This document shows positions 11,801 through 21,091 of a stretch of 64,000 bases of DNA, one piece after another. This DNA is from an uncultured virus (IMG/VR IMGVR_UViG_3300032288_005212) (Duplodnaviria; Heunggongvirae; Uroviricota; Caudoviricetes). Made by a program: the position numbers and the translations under genes. The stretch lies in the IMG/VR virus record IMGVR_UViG_3300032288_005212, positions 1-64,000 of that record; one strand, written 5' to 3'. Below the pieces are notes generated by a model, which had not been told where the DNA came from, ran no database searches, and was given only the letters and a program-made list of their open reading frames with translations. Every line of letters begins with the position of its first letter. The first letter of the stretch is position 1.

Positions 11801-14215
11801 CTGGTCTGGAGTTAATTTTGAAAATGCGGCAGATACGGCTGTATTAAACTGTTGAGAATCCCCAGTTTTATCTCTTTCTGCACGGGCGCTTTGTAGAGCT
11901 TTTTTTACGTCCTCTAATTTATTAATATAATTAGTATATGGAGTAGTTTGGAATAAAGTATTATAATATTGTGAAAAAGCTTGATTTGTATCTTCTACAG
12001 TTTTAACTAAATTTAAATTAGCTTGAGACATTTTATTTATATTTTCAACATATTTTACAGAAACTTTTATCGCTTCTTCTTCCGATAAATTTTTATCCTC
12101 TATATATTTAACAAGATCAGTATAACCGCCTGTTAAGTTTTTTAACTCTCTCTGAAGTAAAATATTTGCTTGTATTTGTTGATTTAAATTATCAATTGCT
12201 GCGCTACTATCTTCATTAGCTGCAGACGCTGCGTCTTTTAATTTATAAAAACTATCAGAAACTTGTGATACTATATTTGCCTGAGATTCTATCAATGCAG
12301 AAGAACTTGTAATTGATTTAGAAGAGCCAATTATGGCCTTATTAACTTCTATAGAGTTCTTTCCCAACTCTTTAGTTGCTTCTGCAGCGGTGTCTAAAGA
12401 ATCAGAATATTGTTTTGAAGCGTCAGACCTGAAAAGATTGATTAAGCCAAGTATTGCAGATTTAAGTAAATCATAAAAAAATAAAAGTTCCCCAATTATT
12501 GGTATCGCTGTAAATATACCTTTTATAGCTATTTTTGCGGCTGTCCCAAAAGATCTCCATGCTGTAGCCCCGGTGCCTAAAGATACCCCCAGAGCCTTTA
12601 CAGTACGACCTACAAAAGATAAAGTTTTTCCGGCTGCGCCAGATATTCCACCAGCTTCTGCCATTTTTTCACCAAACTCAGACGCTTTATTACCTAATTC
12701 TGATATAGACTCACTAAAAGGAGTTACGGCTCCACCAGAAGTAGCAAGCTCTTGTCTTAATTTTTTAGCATCTTCTAATGCACCTACAAATTGTTCCTTA
12801 TAGTTTTTAAAAGTCGGAGTTTCATCTAGAGAATTAATTCTCTCAGCTCCTTTTACTAAATAGTCTGTTCTTGCTTTAATAGCGTCATCGCCGCCTCCGG
12901 CTTCTGTGGCTTTTCTTTTTGCCTCTAATTCAATTATCTCTTTTAATTTATCTCTATAGATTTCTAAAGCTTTTATAGCTTCTTCTTGGTTAGGCAACAC
13001 GCTTCTAGCTGCAATAGATCTATTTAAAGTAGATTGTACTTTTGTTAGATCTTGTATTGATTCAGCTTCTTGGAATGCCAAATCTATAGCCTCGCCCCTC
13101 TTTCCAATAACTGCCTCTAGACTCCCTATACTTTCTTTTCTGTTAGCTATTTGTCTCTGTATGTTTTCACTTTCTACTTTAGCTTCTTCTGAAGTTCTTA
13201 CAGCTAAAGCAGCCGTAGCGTTAGCCATTTGAGATAAAGCTGGCAACGCTTGTCCAATTATTCCTTTCGATAGTATAGCTATTAGTCCAGCTAAAGCTAA
13301 TTTACTATCGGCTAAGAATCCAACGATTGGACCAAGTATTGAATTAAAAGCATTAAGAACAGTAGCCGCTAGTTCTTGAAGACTAGCAGATAGTCTATCA
13401 TATGGGTTTGCATCTACGCTATCTCCAATGGCACCAAACTTTTTTTCGCCTTCTTCTAGAACAGCGTTCATGAATGCTTGGCGTTTCTCAAAATTAGTCA
13501 GCTGAGAGGCTGACTTTCCCATCCTCTCTGCATATTTTTGAGTAGCTTCATCAATACGAACCATGATACCAAGTTCGTCAAGAAGTTCAGGTTCAAGTTT
13601 TGTTGCACCTTTTACAAGTCGATTCATTGAATCTTGCAAATCTCTTCCTAGAGCAATACTTGTATTTTTTGCTACAGCACCTAGCCTATCAATAGTTGCT
13701 GGGTCAAATCCGGCGGAGGTAACCATGGCAACTTGGCGCATTGAATCTTGAAGACTGATTGCATAGCCAGTAGATTCTTGCAACCCTCTTGATAAGCTAC
13801 CCATCGCAAGTCCACTAGCTGCCCCAAGAGCACTTAAACCTTGTGTAAGTTGCTCAACCTGAGCTGCTCTTTGTAAAGCGGCAAAAGCCGCAGTAGCGGC
13901 AAATAAGTTTGCAGCAAGCGTAGCATATGCGCCAACAAGTCCGGAAGATCCGCCCATTGCATCGCGCATTTTTGAGAAGTTTTTAGTGGTATTGGATGAA
14001 ACTCCTGCCGAACCCTTTAATCCTCGATCAAAGTGATTATGGGCATCACCAGCAGCTCTCGCCGCATCAGCGTTCCTTCTAGAGGCTTTGGTATTTCTAT
14101 CTTGGGCACTTGTATTATCATTGACAGCATCAGTCACTTGTTCAACTTCACGTTGAACAACCTTGACATTTTTGCCTTCTACAACTACTTCTAAAAGTAC
14201 CTTACCATCAGCCAT
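8816..14215 (-). CDS. Tape measure protein (T5 pb2-like)
   Basis: 1799 aa, Ala/coiled-coil rich; T5-type GLVGAYATLAAN and GATKLEPELLDELGI motifs; lambda-type C-terminus (GEGSRPEAYVPL, QQRPGGLL). Confidence 0.95.
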   Translation of the reverse strand: MADGKVLLEVVVEGKNVKVVQREVEQVTDAVNDNTSAQDRNTKASRRNADAARAAGDAHNHFDRGLKGSAGVSSNTTKNFSKMRDAMGGSSGLVGAYATLAANLFAATAAFAALQRAAQVEQLTQGLSALGAASGLAMGSLSRGLQESTGYAISLQDSMRQVAMVTSAGFDPATIDRLGAVAKNTSIALGRDLQDSMNRLVKGATKLEPELLDELGIMVRIDEATQKYAERMGKSASQLTNFEKRQAFMNAVLEEGEKKFGAIGDSVDANPYDRLSASLQELAATVLNAFNSILGPIVGFLADSKLALAGLIAILSKGIIGQALPALSQMANATAALAVRTSEEAKVESENIQRQIANRKESIGSLEAVIGKRGEAIDLAFQEAESIQDLTKVQSTLNRSIAARSVLPNQEEAIKALEIYRDKLKEIIELEAKRKATEAGGGDDAIKARTDYLVKGAERINSLDETPTFKNYKEQFVGALEDAKKLRQELATSGGAVTPFSESISELGNKASEFGEKMAEAGGISGAAGKTLSFVGRTVKALGVSLGTGATAWRSFGTAAKIAIKGIFTAIPIIGELLFFYDLLKSAILGLINLFRSDASKQYSDSLDTAAEATKELGKNSIEVNKAIIGSSKSITSSSALIESQANIVSQVSDSFYKLKDAASAANEDSSAAIDNLNQQIQANILLQRELKNLTGGYTDLVKYIEDKNLSEEEAIKVSVKYVENINKMSQANLNLVKTVEDTNQAFSQYYNTLFQTTPYTNYINKLEDVKKALQSARAERDKTGDSQQFNTAVSAAFSKLTPDQAKFLGLDVAKAELDSATKGAESFSRAVAEIKSVDFRVNFTYQDVKKIEDALKSVGLEVQGLGLEQITGEKDRLKILEIIERIAQKASGRAEKLSEEAEKRLEQETAIKEAMDIKLQILNREKQSLEYINSLIKLSNFETKASFDSRQKLQDKIYTDEISYITDEINQQQKLVSDETADRRAAETKLIELASRRGILITEQANFSASTEIENAKRAYTNLERRMSGEQEIVSILQKQLDLSKSILESRISIEETSLQLQNIQQGGEAALSARQQLEVFRKFENQKTANINREYGLKLRTINMEEKLNNAKLAILRAELAKDIKDLQKQSAATPQDTETQQNLVALKDAYTALQGLNYSQIAVQQRTQANLDREKAITDDKLKVAVLDKANTEATAQVSADLIQRQIDLANVTGNIQEKINSSKSTILDNERTIRENELKAINLRNKGIGEYELTAQQTLQLEMEFGEKKKALLREEEEMKLRIIDLEYKLMGAQLKIQEITLKSQLQTLKNQTTDPAELGNIQTLIDTLPGVFAEAAVLLPQAAQAAAAATRSETEAAVSEITAAQIQAQQAVFGWTQKMTTSWQDISTAIGQNFLKTLQDAKSITQELADIFSNAVNSAVDSFVDAIVEGKNAFKAIGSAVRDSLREGLAEAAKNKLKEGIAGLFTASGMGGIAEVFKTPQDKAIEATKATTKAITETAKSHTDLLQEIANNTANCCGGSVTSMPVAGGLVPTLNGFKSGINEQGVYTAGFNPTPTGDPKTIDYFKESQKWDQKNYQLGGMTYDTLDKTSINTANTVKETSFWGDAQTYATENVGTIAAAGFAQMAAALAAGASPKKALLGGVLGAIGGAIGGAVGGPAGAMIGSQIGGTVGSSFEKGGVMSSSGPMPLEKYARGGIARTPQLAMFGEGSRPEAYVPLPDGRTIPVTMSNGGGNTNNIAINVAVDGSGSATTNTSSKDNTEEYSRRLGTAISNAVKQEIFNQQRPGGLLFRGRR

Positions 14216-14616
14216 TATTTTCTCTTTAACTTGTCGTATTCACGCTTTAAATGTTCCTGCGAACTCTTTATAGCTTGAGCGTCAAGCCTAGATAATATCT
14301 CCATTAAAAGTTCGACATTATCTATTTGATATAGTTGTATATAGATCGGAAGATTAGTAAAATCTTTTCCAATATACCCGACGTCTGGGTATACTCTATT
14401 ACCCAATCTATCATAAATATTTAGTGCATCTATTACAATTTCTGGAAAATCTTCAATACCTGGCGGGCACTTTGCCATATCTGGTTCGCGCCCCAATTGT
14501 TCTTGTATCTCCAAGTATTTACTTTTTGTCATTCCAATATCGGAATGCTTTTGCCACTCTTCAATCCTCTTCCACAGAAGCTCTTTTTGTTCCTCTTCGA
14601 AAATTGGCAAGGTCAA
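14215..14616 (-). CDS. Tail assembly chaperone, downstream (gpT-like) frame
   Basis: Overlaps the upstream chaperone and lies directly before the TMP gene; T5-like YLEIQEQLG.EPD motif. Confidence 0.75.
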   Translation of the reverse strand: MTLPIFEEEQKELLWKRIEEWQKHSDIGMTKSKYLEIQEQLGREPDMAKCPPGIEDFPEIVIDALNIYDRLGNRVYPDVGYIGKDFTNLPIYIQLYQIDNVELLMEILSRLDAQAIKSSQEHLKREYDKLKRK

Positions 14617-14992
14617 AGACTACCTCGTTTACCCAAGTATCAAATTCACTGGAATTTTGGACTAGAATTTCCGCCTGATCGGCATCATATGGAAGAATAG
14701 TGTCTGGGTCATTGGATCCAAGATCTACTAGAAGAAGATCCTCGAGATACTTCAACTTCAATCCTTTCCAACTTTTGATGGTAGCTTCGGAAAACTCTCG
14801 AATAAATTTTTCTTCATTCAGAATTTCTTCAGGTTGGCGCGTCTTACGATCAAACTTAGTTTGTACACAACGCTTTCGAAGGGCGATTAATTCTTTTCTT
14901 GATAGGTTTGCAACTTGTACTTCAAACCCAGGGCAGCCAGGAAACTCAATCCATGCAGTTTTCGTGTCTACCATTAAATCTTGTAACTTCAT
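14561..14992 (-). CDS. Tail assembly chaperone (gpG-like)
   Basis: Position between tail tube and TMP; T5-like IKSWKGLKL and FDTWVNEVVFDLANF motifs. Confidence 0.8.
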   Translation of the reverse strand: MKLQDLMVDTKTAWIEFPGCPGFEVQVANLSRKELIALRKRCVQTKFDRKTRQPEEILNEEKFIREFSEATIKSWKGLKLKYLEDLLLVDLGSNDPDTILPYDADQAEILVQNSSEFDTWVNEVVFDLANFRRGTKRASVEED

Positions 14993-15016
14993 AATTTCTC
15001 CTATTTCAGTTAGACA

Positions 15017-15049
15017 AAAAGTCGGAGGAGAAAATCTCCCCCGACTTTT
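15017..15049 (-). terminator. Intrinsic terminator-like hairpin downstream of tail tube gene
   Basis: AAAAGTCGGAGGAG-AAAAT-CTCCCCGACTTTT inverted repeat with U-tracts. Confidence 0.6.
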
Positions 15050-15052
15050 GAC

Positions 15053-15081
15053 ATTATACCTAACACCAAGTTCTTTGTCAA
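15053..15081 (-). promoter_or_regulatory. sigma70 promoter for chaperone/TMP operon
   Basis: TTGACA-17-TATAAT on the minus strand with an A-tract upstream. Confidence 0.8.
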
Positions 15082-15101
15082 GAACTTTTTTTCATTAGGT
15101 C

Positions 15102-16304
15102 TTAAACGGAGTAAGTGATATAAGCTTCATCCGTACTATCAACATTTCCATTAGCTACGATACCATGGAAGTTGACTTCAAGAGTTAGCAAATCATCAAT
15201 ACCAATATTTGGAATTTCCAAGTGAGCTGTCGGAAGTGTAAGAGCTAGTCTTGGAGTAGAGCTAGTAGTACCTCCAATATTTACAGTTAATGAGTGATTA
15301 TTTCTTACAGAGGTAGTATCACTAATCAAATCGCTCCAAAGTTCTGCTGACTTAAATGCGGTTGTATCATTATCATAATAACAAGTTAAACTTCCAGAAA
15401 TAGTACGTGCACCAGTAATGTTTGCAATTGGAGCATTAACTAATCCGAGCTGCTCAGGTATAAGATAATTAATATTGTTCTCTACAGTGAAAGAACCGCC
15501 AGTTAATATAATACTATAAGTATCCCCACCGCTCTTAGCAAGAGATACTGTAGATAATCTATTACGAATAAAATTCGTAGTAGCAGATACACCTTCACTT
15601 ACTGGATTCGCTATGGCTGCGGGAGCAGAAGCGGATCTGGTAAGAGATCTAGCAAAGCCACTCCATTGTGCCGTAGCAATTCCTTCAATATCAAAATCAA
15701 TTGTTACTGAATTTACTACCATATCGGACATAGTAAAATATTCTGTATTTGTACCATCAACGAACGATACATACATCGTATTACCTGAAGGCATGGAAGA
15801 AACGTTTGATGCAGAAAAGTCAAATACGTTTGAACTGCTTGACGTAGCATTATTGATAAATGCACCCCCAATCCCGCCAGGTGAAACAAATGGGGATATT
15901 GACGGAGATGGAGAGTTTGAGGAAGAAGGTGAGCCTAAACCAACTTGTGTAGAATAAAAAGTTCTAGTAGTTGGTTGATACCCATTAGCACCCATCAATA
16001 TTGCCCACAATACCTGTTCTGGAGCAACGGCTGTAACAGGAGTTGCTCCAGTTGTTGGACGAATATAAGTGCTAAAACTCCACTCTACAGGAGCTATTGA
16101 GTCATTAAAGAGCAAACGAGCTCTTCTTGATGCGAAACCCGCTTCATTAATCGTAATTTCACTAGAGTTTGTGGATTGTGAAAAAGAAAACCCAGCAAGT
16201 ACTGGAATTTGAAACACAGAATTATCTGGACTAGCAGATGGTGTTGTAAACGCAGTTCTTACATAAACTTTTGCGTTTCTTTGAAATTGTAAGGCCATGG
16301 GCAT
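15102..16304 (-). CDS. Major tail tube protein (T5 pb6-like)
   Basis: LQFQRNAKVYV, GFSFSQ, FNDSIAPVEWSFSTYIRP, IDFDIEGIATAQWSG, FIRNRLS and GARTISGSLTCY motifs. Confidence 0.9.
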   Translation of the reverse strand: MPMALQFQRNAKVYVRTAFTTPSASPDNSVFQIPVLAGFSFSQSTNSSEITINEAGFASRRARLLFNDSIAPVEWSFSTYIRPTTGATPVTAVAPEQVLWAILMGANGYQPTTRTFYSTQVGLGSPSSSNSPSPSISPFVSPGGIGGAFINNATSSSSNVFDFSASNVSSMPSGNTMYVSFVDGTNTEYFTMSDMVVNSVTIDFDIEGIATAQWSGFARSLTRSASAPAAIANPVSEGVSATTNFIRNRLSTVSLAKSGGDTYSIILTGGSFTVENNINYLIPEQLGLVNAPIANITGARTISGSLTCYYDNDTTAFKSAELWSDLISDTTSVRNNHSLTVNIGGTTSSTPRLALTLPTAHLEIPNIGIDDLLTLEVNFHGIVANGNVDSTDEAYITYSV

Positions 16305-16343
16305 TTCTCCTTTAGCGAATTCCTTCGCCTCTTAACCTATTGG

Positions 16344-16796
16344 TTAATATCTAACTTCGCAAATTATTTCGCCGACACCGAGAGGCTCAAGAGCACCTTC
16401 ATCAGAATCAATACTCAAAATAGTTATTATTTGCGTACTTTGCGTATTTCCATCTTGATCGAGATACTCTAGTGAAGAATTACTTTCAATAACAGTCTCA
16501 ATGTCTTCGAATAACTTCTCTAAGGCAAAGACTGCATTCTCTTCTTGTACATAAACTCTTATGGTTAAGGTAAGAAAGCGGTCTTTATATCCCCCACCTT
16601 GATATTGGCGGGTTTCTGCTCCTGCACTCACATGGACTGCAGGAAAATCTTGTACTTCATCCCAGAACTTTAACCTTGGAAGCACATTTCCAAATAAGTT
16701 TGTCCGATAGGGGGAATTACCATCAATTAGTTTGAGTTTATCCTCGAGAGCTTTCACTATCGCCATACGTCTTGTTGTATAGTCTCTTTCAGCCAT
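16344..16796 (-). CDS. Tail terminator protein (T5 p142-like)
   Basis: KFWDEVQDFP...ETRQY and IDSDEGALEPLGVGEI..EVRY motifs. Confidence 0.85.
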   Translation of the reverse strand: MAERDYTTRRMAIVKALEDKLKLIDGNSPYRTNLFGNVLPRLKFWDEVQDFPAVHVSAGAETRQYQGGGYKDRFLTLTIRVYVQEENAVFALEKLFEDIETVIESNSSLEYLDQDGNTQSTQIITILSIDSDEGALEPLGVGEIICEVRY

Positions 16797-18224
16797 TTAA
16801 ACTCTCCTAGTATAAAATCTTCCGACAATAAGCTGTGTTGCGATTTCTCGAATAGATCGATCAATCAGTGTTCTTGGATCTCTTTGGGTTGAACCTTGTT
16901 TAAAACCTGGTTCGAAGGTTTGATATGGATACTTTTGATAGGTATACGCAATAGAAGGAAAACCTTGTGATGTTTGTACAACATCTGTAACAATTGCGGA
17001 TCTTGCAAATCTTCCTGTGCGATTTTCAAGGGCCGGAGTGCCCATGTTTTTGATTACCTGCATTGAAAGTCTTGCATTAATTTGCGCCTTTAGTGCATTA
17101 AGATTGAGAGTGGGTTGTTTATTTAAATCTATAGTAAATTTTTTAGTTTCTGGTTTAAAGTTTATTTCTGCTTTATTAGTAGAACTTTTACCTTTTATTA
17201 TTTTTTTATTAGAAGTTTTACTTGATAAGTTTAAATCAGTATTTATTGACTGTACCTTAGTCTTTTTATTCTTTTTTAGAGAAGAAGTAAATGATTTTAC
17301 TATTTTCTTCTTTTCTATTGTAAATCTTGAATCAGATCCAGACCATTCTAAAAAAACCTCTCGCTTTTTTGATAACGACCAGTTTTTTAATATGCTATTT
17401 AAAGTACTTTCTAATTCTTGTATAAGCTTTTTTTCGTCTGCTGCTATACTTCTATTTTTAGAGGAGGACCCCACATGAACTTTTACATTGGTATCTGATT
17501 TTAAAGCCACATATTTTATAAAAATTTCTAATCCAAGACTTTCAAGTAAGCCAGAAGCTGCTGGACCTGTAGAACTGACGTTTTGTAAAAGCTTATTTAA
17601 TGCACCGCTTATTCTTCTTTGTGCAACGCTCTCGCCCATAGAATGCTCTAGGTCAATAGCTCCTTTTAACCAGTCTTCGCTTAAATCTTTTTTGTTAGTT
17701 ACTTTTGTAGCAATTTTTTGCCATAAAGTATTTAATGAGTCCCTATATATATTTTTTATACTTTGAAAAGAGGTTGTTTCAATTTCACGACCTCTAAATC
17801 CAATTTGTTTACCTAACTTTGCGAAACGACCGCTTTTAGTTTTTATGCGACTAATAGTTACAATAAAAGATTTATTTGATTTATCCTCTACTTCTACTGT
17901 TAATCCTTTTAAACTATTATCATTTGAAGCTTGTTTATATAACTTATTTAATTCTTTTAATACTTTTTCAGCTTCCTGCTCAATAAATTTTGATATACTA
18001 TTTTTATCCTGTTCTGATAATTCGATCCAAGCAGGATACTTTACTTTTCTTTGGCCTTTTCTATCCTCAGCATACATAAAATTTAACTGATCAATATATG
18101 CTTTATGTATTATGTCTACAGAAAATATAGCTACAGTTGTTTCTCTATTGAGCTTATCTCGTAATTCTTTTTTTAGCTCTTTTAAAGCGCTATTTAAAAT
18201 TTTATCTACGCCTTTTCCACTCAT
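16797..18224 (-). CDS. Neck / tail completion protein (T5 p143-like) with long Lys-rich N-terminal part
   Basis: C-terminal NMGTPALENRTGRFA, YTYQKYPYQTFEPG and RDPRTLIDRSIREIA motifs. Confidence 0.75.
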   Translation of the reverse strand: MSGKGVDKILNSALKELKKELRDKLNRETTVAIFSVDIIHKAYIDQLNFMYAEDRKGQRKVKYPAWIELSEQDKNSISKFIEQEAEKVLKELNKLYKQASNDNSLKGLTVEVEDKSNKSFIVTISRIKTKSGRFAKLGKQIGFRGREIETTSFQSIKNIYRDSLNTLWQKIATKVTNKKDLSEDWLKGAIDLEHSMGESVAQRRISGALNKLLQNVSSTGPAASGLLESLGLEIFIKYVALKSDTNVKVHVGSSSKNRSIAADEKKLIQELESTLNSILKNWSLSKKREVFLEWSGSDSRFTIEKKKIVKSFTSSLKKNKKTKVQSINTDLNLSSKTSNKKIIKGKSSTNKAEINFKPETKKFTIDLNKQPTLNLNALKAQINARLSMQVIKNMGTPALENRTGRFARSAIVTDVVQTSQGFPSIAYTYQKYPYQTFEPGFKQGSTQRDPRTLIDRSIREIATQLIVGRFYTRRV

Positions 18225-18823
18225 ACACGATAAAGATCTAAAACTCGACGAATATGATCTGGAAAGCCAGGATCGTTTCGTACAGCAGAAACTCCAGCGC
18301 CTTCACGGCTAGCAGATCCAATACTCTGGCGCTCTTTATATTCATCCTTATGGTAGTATGTAATTAAGTCTGCGACAGCTAGTTTCAAATCATATGGAAT
18401 TGTAGTATAGCCAGCCGTATAAATTACTTTTACGGCGCCCACGCCACGAGGCCAGTCTTGATAAGAACCACTCTCAGTTGTACGAAATACGCTCTCACTC
18501 AAGCTATCAAAATACCACTCATATTTACTATTAGTACCATTTGCAAATAATTCAGTATACGCTTCCGATTGAGAAGTTCTTTCATATACACTAGTTATAT
18601 TAATTACAGGAGTCTCTGCAAGTTGGACTGTATACGTGCTCCACTGAATATCAAAAATTTCAGTCTTGCCAGGAGAAGCTACATAAACGTCAAAATCCTG
18701 CCCAGTATACGTGCGAACAAGCTTACTGACAGACGTAATTAAATACTCGAACTTATCATCGCTCGAAGTAGAATTAATACCTTCCAATAATTTGTAATCG
18801 TCTAGTGTAATTAAATTTGCCAT
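18221..18823 (-). CDS. Head completion / head-tail connector protein (T5 p144-like)
   Basis: LITLDDYK, YTAGY..IPYDLKLA and FPDHIRRVLDLYR motifs. Confidence 0.85.
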   Translation of the reverse strand: MANLITLDDYKLLEGINSTSSDDKFEYLITSVSKLVRTYTGQDFDVYVASPGKTEIFDIQWSTYTVQLAETPVINITSVYERTSQSEAYTELFANGTNSKYEWYFDSLSESVFRTTESGSYQDWPRGVGAVKVIYTAGYTTIPYDLKLAVADLITYYHKDEYKERQSIGSASREGAGVSAVRNDPGFPDHIRRVLDLYRV

Positions 18824-18840
18824 AGTATTAATAGTAAATA

Positions 18841-18868
18841 TGAGAGAGGCCTCGAAAGGCCTCTCTCA
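18841..18868 (-). terminator. Hairpin downstream of capsid gene
   Basis: TGAGAGAGGCCT-CGAA-AGGCCTCTCTCA; 12-bp stem with a UUCG loop on the minus strand. Confidence 0.7.
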
Positions 18869-18876
18869 TTGGTACC

Positions 18877-20835
18877 TTACCAGGTGCCGACAACAACTTG
18901 ACCGGCTGTGGAGAACATACGATCAAAGCCACGACGCTGCGTAGCAACCAGAACACGACGCTGGTTTTCAACGTCATAGTCCTGCTCAACCGTAACACCA
19001 CGAAGGACTGGAATAACGAAGTTACGAACGTTTACAGCAACCGCGCAAGCATTACCGTCTGTCTTTGAGGCGAACTCATCACAAACAATAACTGGAGTTG
19101 CATAGATCGAACCTACTTGACCAGTTACCTTGGTAGCAAGACCTTGGCCAACTAGATTAACATCATCGTACTCGGAATCATCAAGAAGATCGTAGTACGC
19201 ATCAAGAGATACGATAAATACGAGATCATTTGGATTACGGCCATACTTACCCATCGCCTGACGAAGGTTAAGTAGTTTAGCAGCCGTGACTTGAAGGTTA
19301 GGTGAACCAAAGTCAAATGTCTTCGAGTCATCGCGAGCCATTTCTACAAGACCGTCATAGGCATTGGCTACAATACCCGTAGAGTGACCACCAAGCAGAA
19401 TTGAATGCTCAATAGAACGTGCATGGGCGCGAACCATTGCGTCACGGATGTATGGAAGAACTGGAATAATTGCATCCTCTTCCACTTCGTTGGCAATATA
19501 AGACTTTGAAACAAGCTTAAGAGCCTGCAGAGTCTTAATACCCATCGTAATACCGTTATTTACACCAGGTGAAGCAGCGTCACGAGCCTCAAGATTACCT
19601 TTATGTGGGTTGCTAGCACCTGAACCAGCACCTGACAAGAAGTCAGCGTAGCCAGCATCTGGAAGTGTTGGAACAACCATAGAAGCAGCATTCATAGTAA
19701 TCTTACGGAACAGCGGGTCAAGAACTAACTGAAGCTGAATATCCTCTTCGATTGAAGTTGAAACTTGCAGCTGGAAAGCATCGCCAGCCGTACCCGCACC
19801 GCTAGGAACCATAACACCGGAGTCAGTGTTTGCAGCTTTCTCTATAAATTGACGGCCAATCTTCGTGTCGAGACCCTTACGAGTAATTACACCAAGAACA
19901 TAAGCGTCTTTTGCAGCTTCAATATCAAAAGCCTTCTCATCAGAGCGATTCGAGAATACACGCTTGCTCTCACGAATCTTTTGGATTTCGTCAGCTTTCT
20001 CTTTCAGCTCTGACTGAAGCTCGCTTACAACGCGAGTATAGTCAGCATCTTTTTCCGCAAGACGCTTTTCAACATCTTGCATTAGTCTTTCTGTGCCGCT
20101 CTGAACGGCAGTTATAATGCGAGCCTCGTCGGCAGCCTTTTTCGCAGCTTCTTCTTCAAGAGCTTTTTGCTTGCGAGCTTCTTCAGCTTTCTTCTCGGCA
20201 TCCTTCATAGCCATAGCCGTTGCTGTTTTTTCTACAGCTGCAGCTACGATGGCATTGATATCAATATCACTCATAGTCTTCTCCTGTGCTTCGACTTCTT
20301 CTACGAAGTCAACCGATTCGTTCTGTTCGAAGGAATCTTTTAACGTTTTTTTGAACTCTTCATACTCACTGTCTGAGTTAAAAGATTTAGCTAAAGAAAA
20401 AGTTGCAGCTTGATTAGCAGGAACGGTGACTACCGACACTTCTAACAGTTCTGCGTCCTTGATCTTATATCCATCGGATTCCCTCAAGTATTCGGCGTCC
20501 TTGACTCGGAACCCGACAGAAAAAGCTCCAAGAACGCCCTCCTTAATTAATTCTCTCACGTGACCAGCAGATTTGGCAATTTTTGCTTTTAACTGCAGAC
20601 CATTATCTCCAGTACTAAGCTCTACCGCTCGTCCTATAGGCTGATTATAGTCGTGATTGAATAAAATTACAGGATTATTTAGATAGTTTTGTAAACCACC
20701 TTTTGTCCAAGCAGCCGCTTCGATAATGTCGCCTACTCTATCAGTATCAGCTGTACTAGCCATACCTCGAATAAAAACATCATCATCTTCTTCGAACGCT
20801 TTAAAGGTGGAGCCAATATGAAAAATTTTATTCAT
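18877..20835 (-). CDS. Fused HK97-family prohead protease + scaffold + major capsid protein
   Basis: N-terminal Peptidase_S78 motifs (ILFNHDYNQPIG, FSVGF, LLEVSVVTVPAN), coiled-coil delta domain, then HK97-fold capsid (LRQAMGKYG, VLVATQRRGF). Confidence 0.9.
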   Translation of the reverse strand: MNKIFHIGSTFKAFEEDDDVFIRGMASTADTDRVGDIIEAAAWTKGGLQNYLNNPVILFNHDYNQPIGRAVELSTGDNGLQLKAKIAKSAGHVRELIKEGVLGAFSVGFRVKDAEYLRESDGYKIKDAELLEVSVVTVPANQAATFSLAKSFNSDSEYEEFKKTLKDSFEQNESVDFVEEVEAQEKTMSDIDINAIVAAAVEKTATAMAMKDAEKKAEEARKQKALEEEAAKKAADEARIITAVQSGTERLMQDVEKRLAEKDADYTRVVSELQSELKEKADEIQKIRESKRVFSNRSDEKAFDIEAAKDAYVLGVITRKGLDTKIGRQFIEKAANTDSGVMVPSGAGTAGDAFQLQVSTSIEEDIQLQLVLDPLFRKITMNAASMVVPTLPDAGYADFLSGAGSGASNPHKGNLEARDAASPGVNNGITMGIKTLQALKLVSKSYIANEVEEDAIIPVLPYIRDAMVRAHARSIEHSILLGGHSTGIVANAYDGLVEMARDDSKTFDFGSPNLQVTAAKLLNLRQAMGKYGRNPNDLVFIVSLDAYYDLLDDSEYDDVNLVGQGLATKVTGQVGSIYATPVIVCDEFASKTDGNACAVAVNVRNFVIPVLRGVTVEQDYDVENQRRVLVATQRRGFDRMFSTAGQVVVGTW

Positions 20836-20836
20836 A

Positions 20837-21091
20837 TTAAGTCCTTGTTGAAGCTATTCTCATTTTATCGAGAATTGATGCTGAAGCGACGGAGGGCTTC
20901 GGTTGGATTTCATGCCATCGATCGGCATACGCTTTTCTTATTAATCGTATGATTCTTTTAGTGCTAATAACTTTATATCTATTTCTTATTGCTTTTAACT
21001 CTTGCGGATATTTTGTTACTAGCTCGCGAAAAGGTATTTCTCTGCCTTCGGCGACATATGCGTTAAAAATTGGTTCAAATATTGCTTTCAT
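20837..21091 (-). CDS. Hypothetical protein
   Basis: Tightly packed ORF between portal and capsid genes. Confidence 0.6.
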   Translation of the reverse strand: MKAIFEPIFNAYVAEGREIPFRELVTKYPQELKAIRNRYKVISTKRIIRLIRKAYADRWHEIQPKPSVASASILDKMRIASTRT

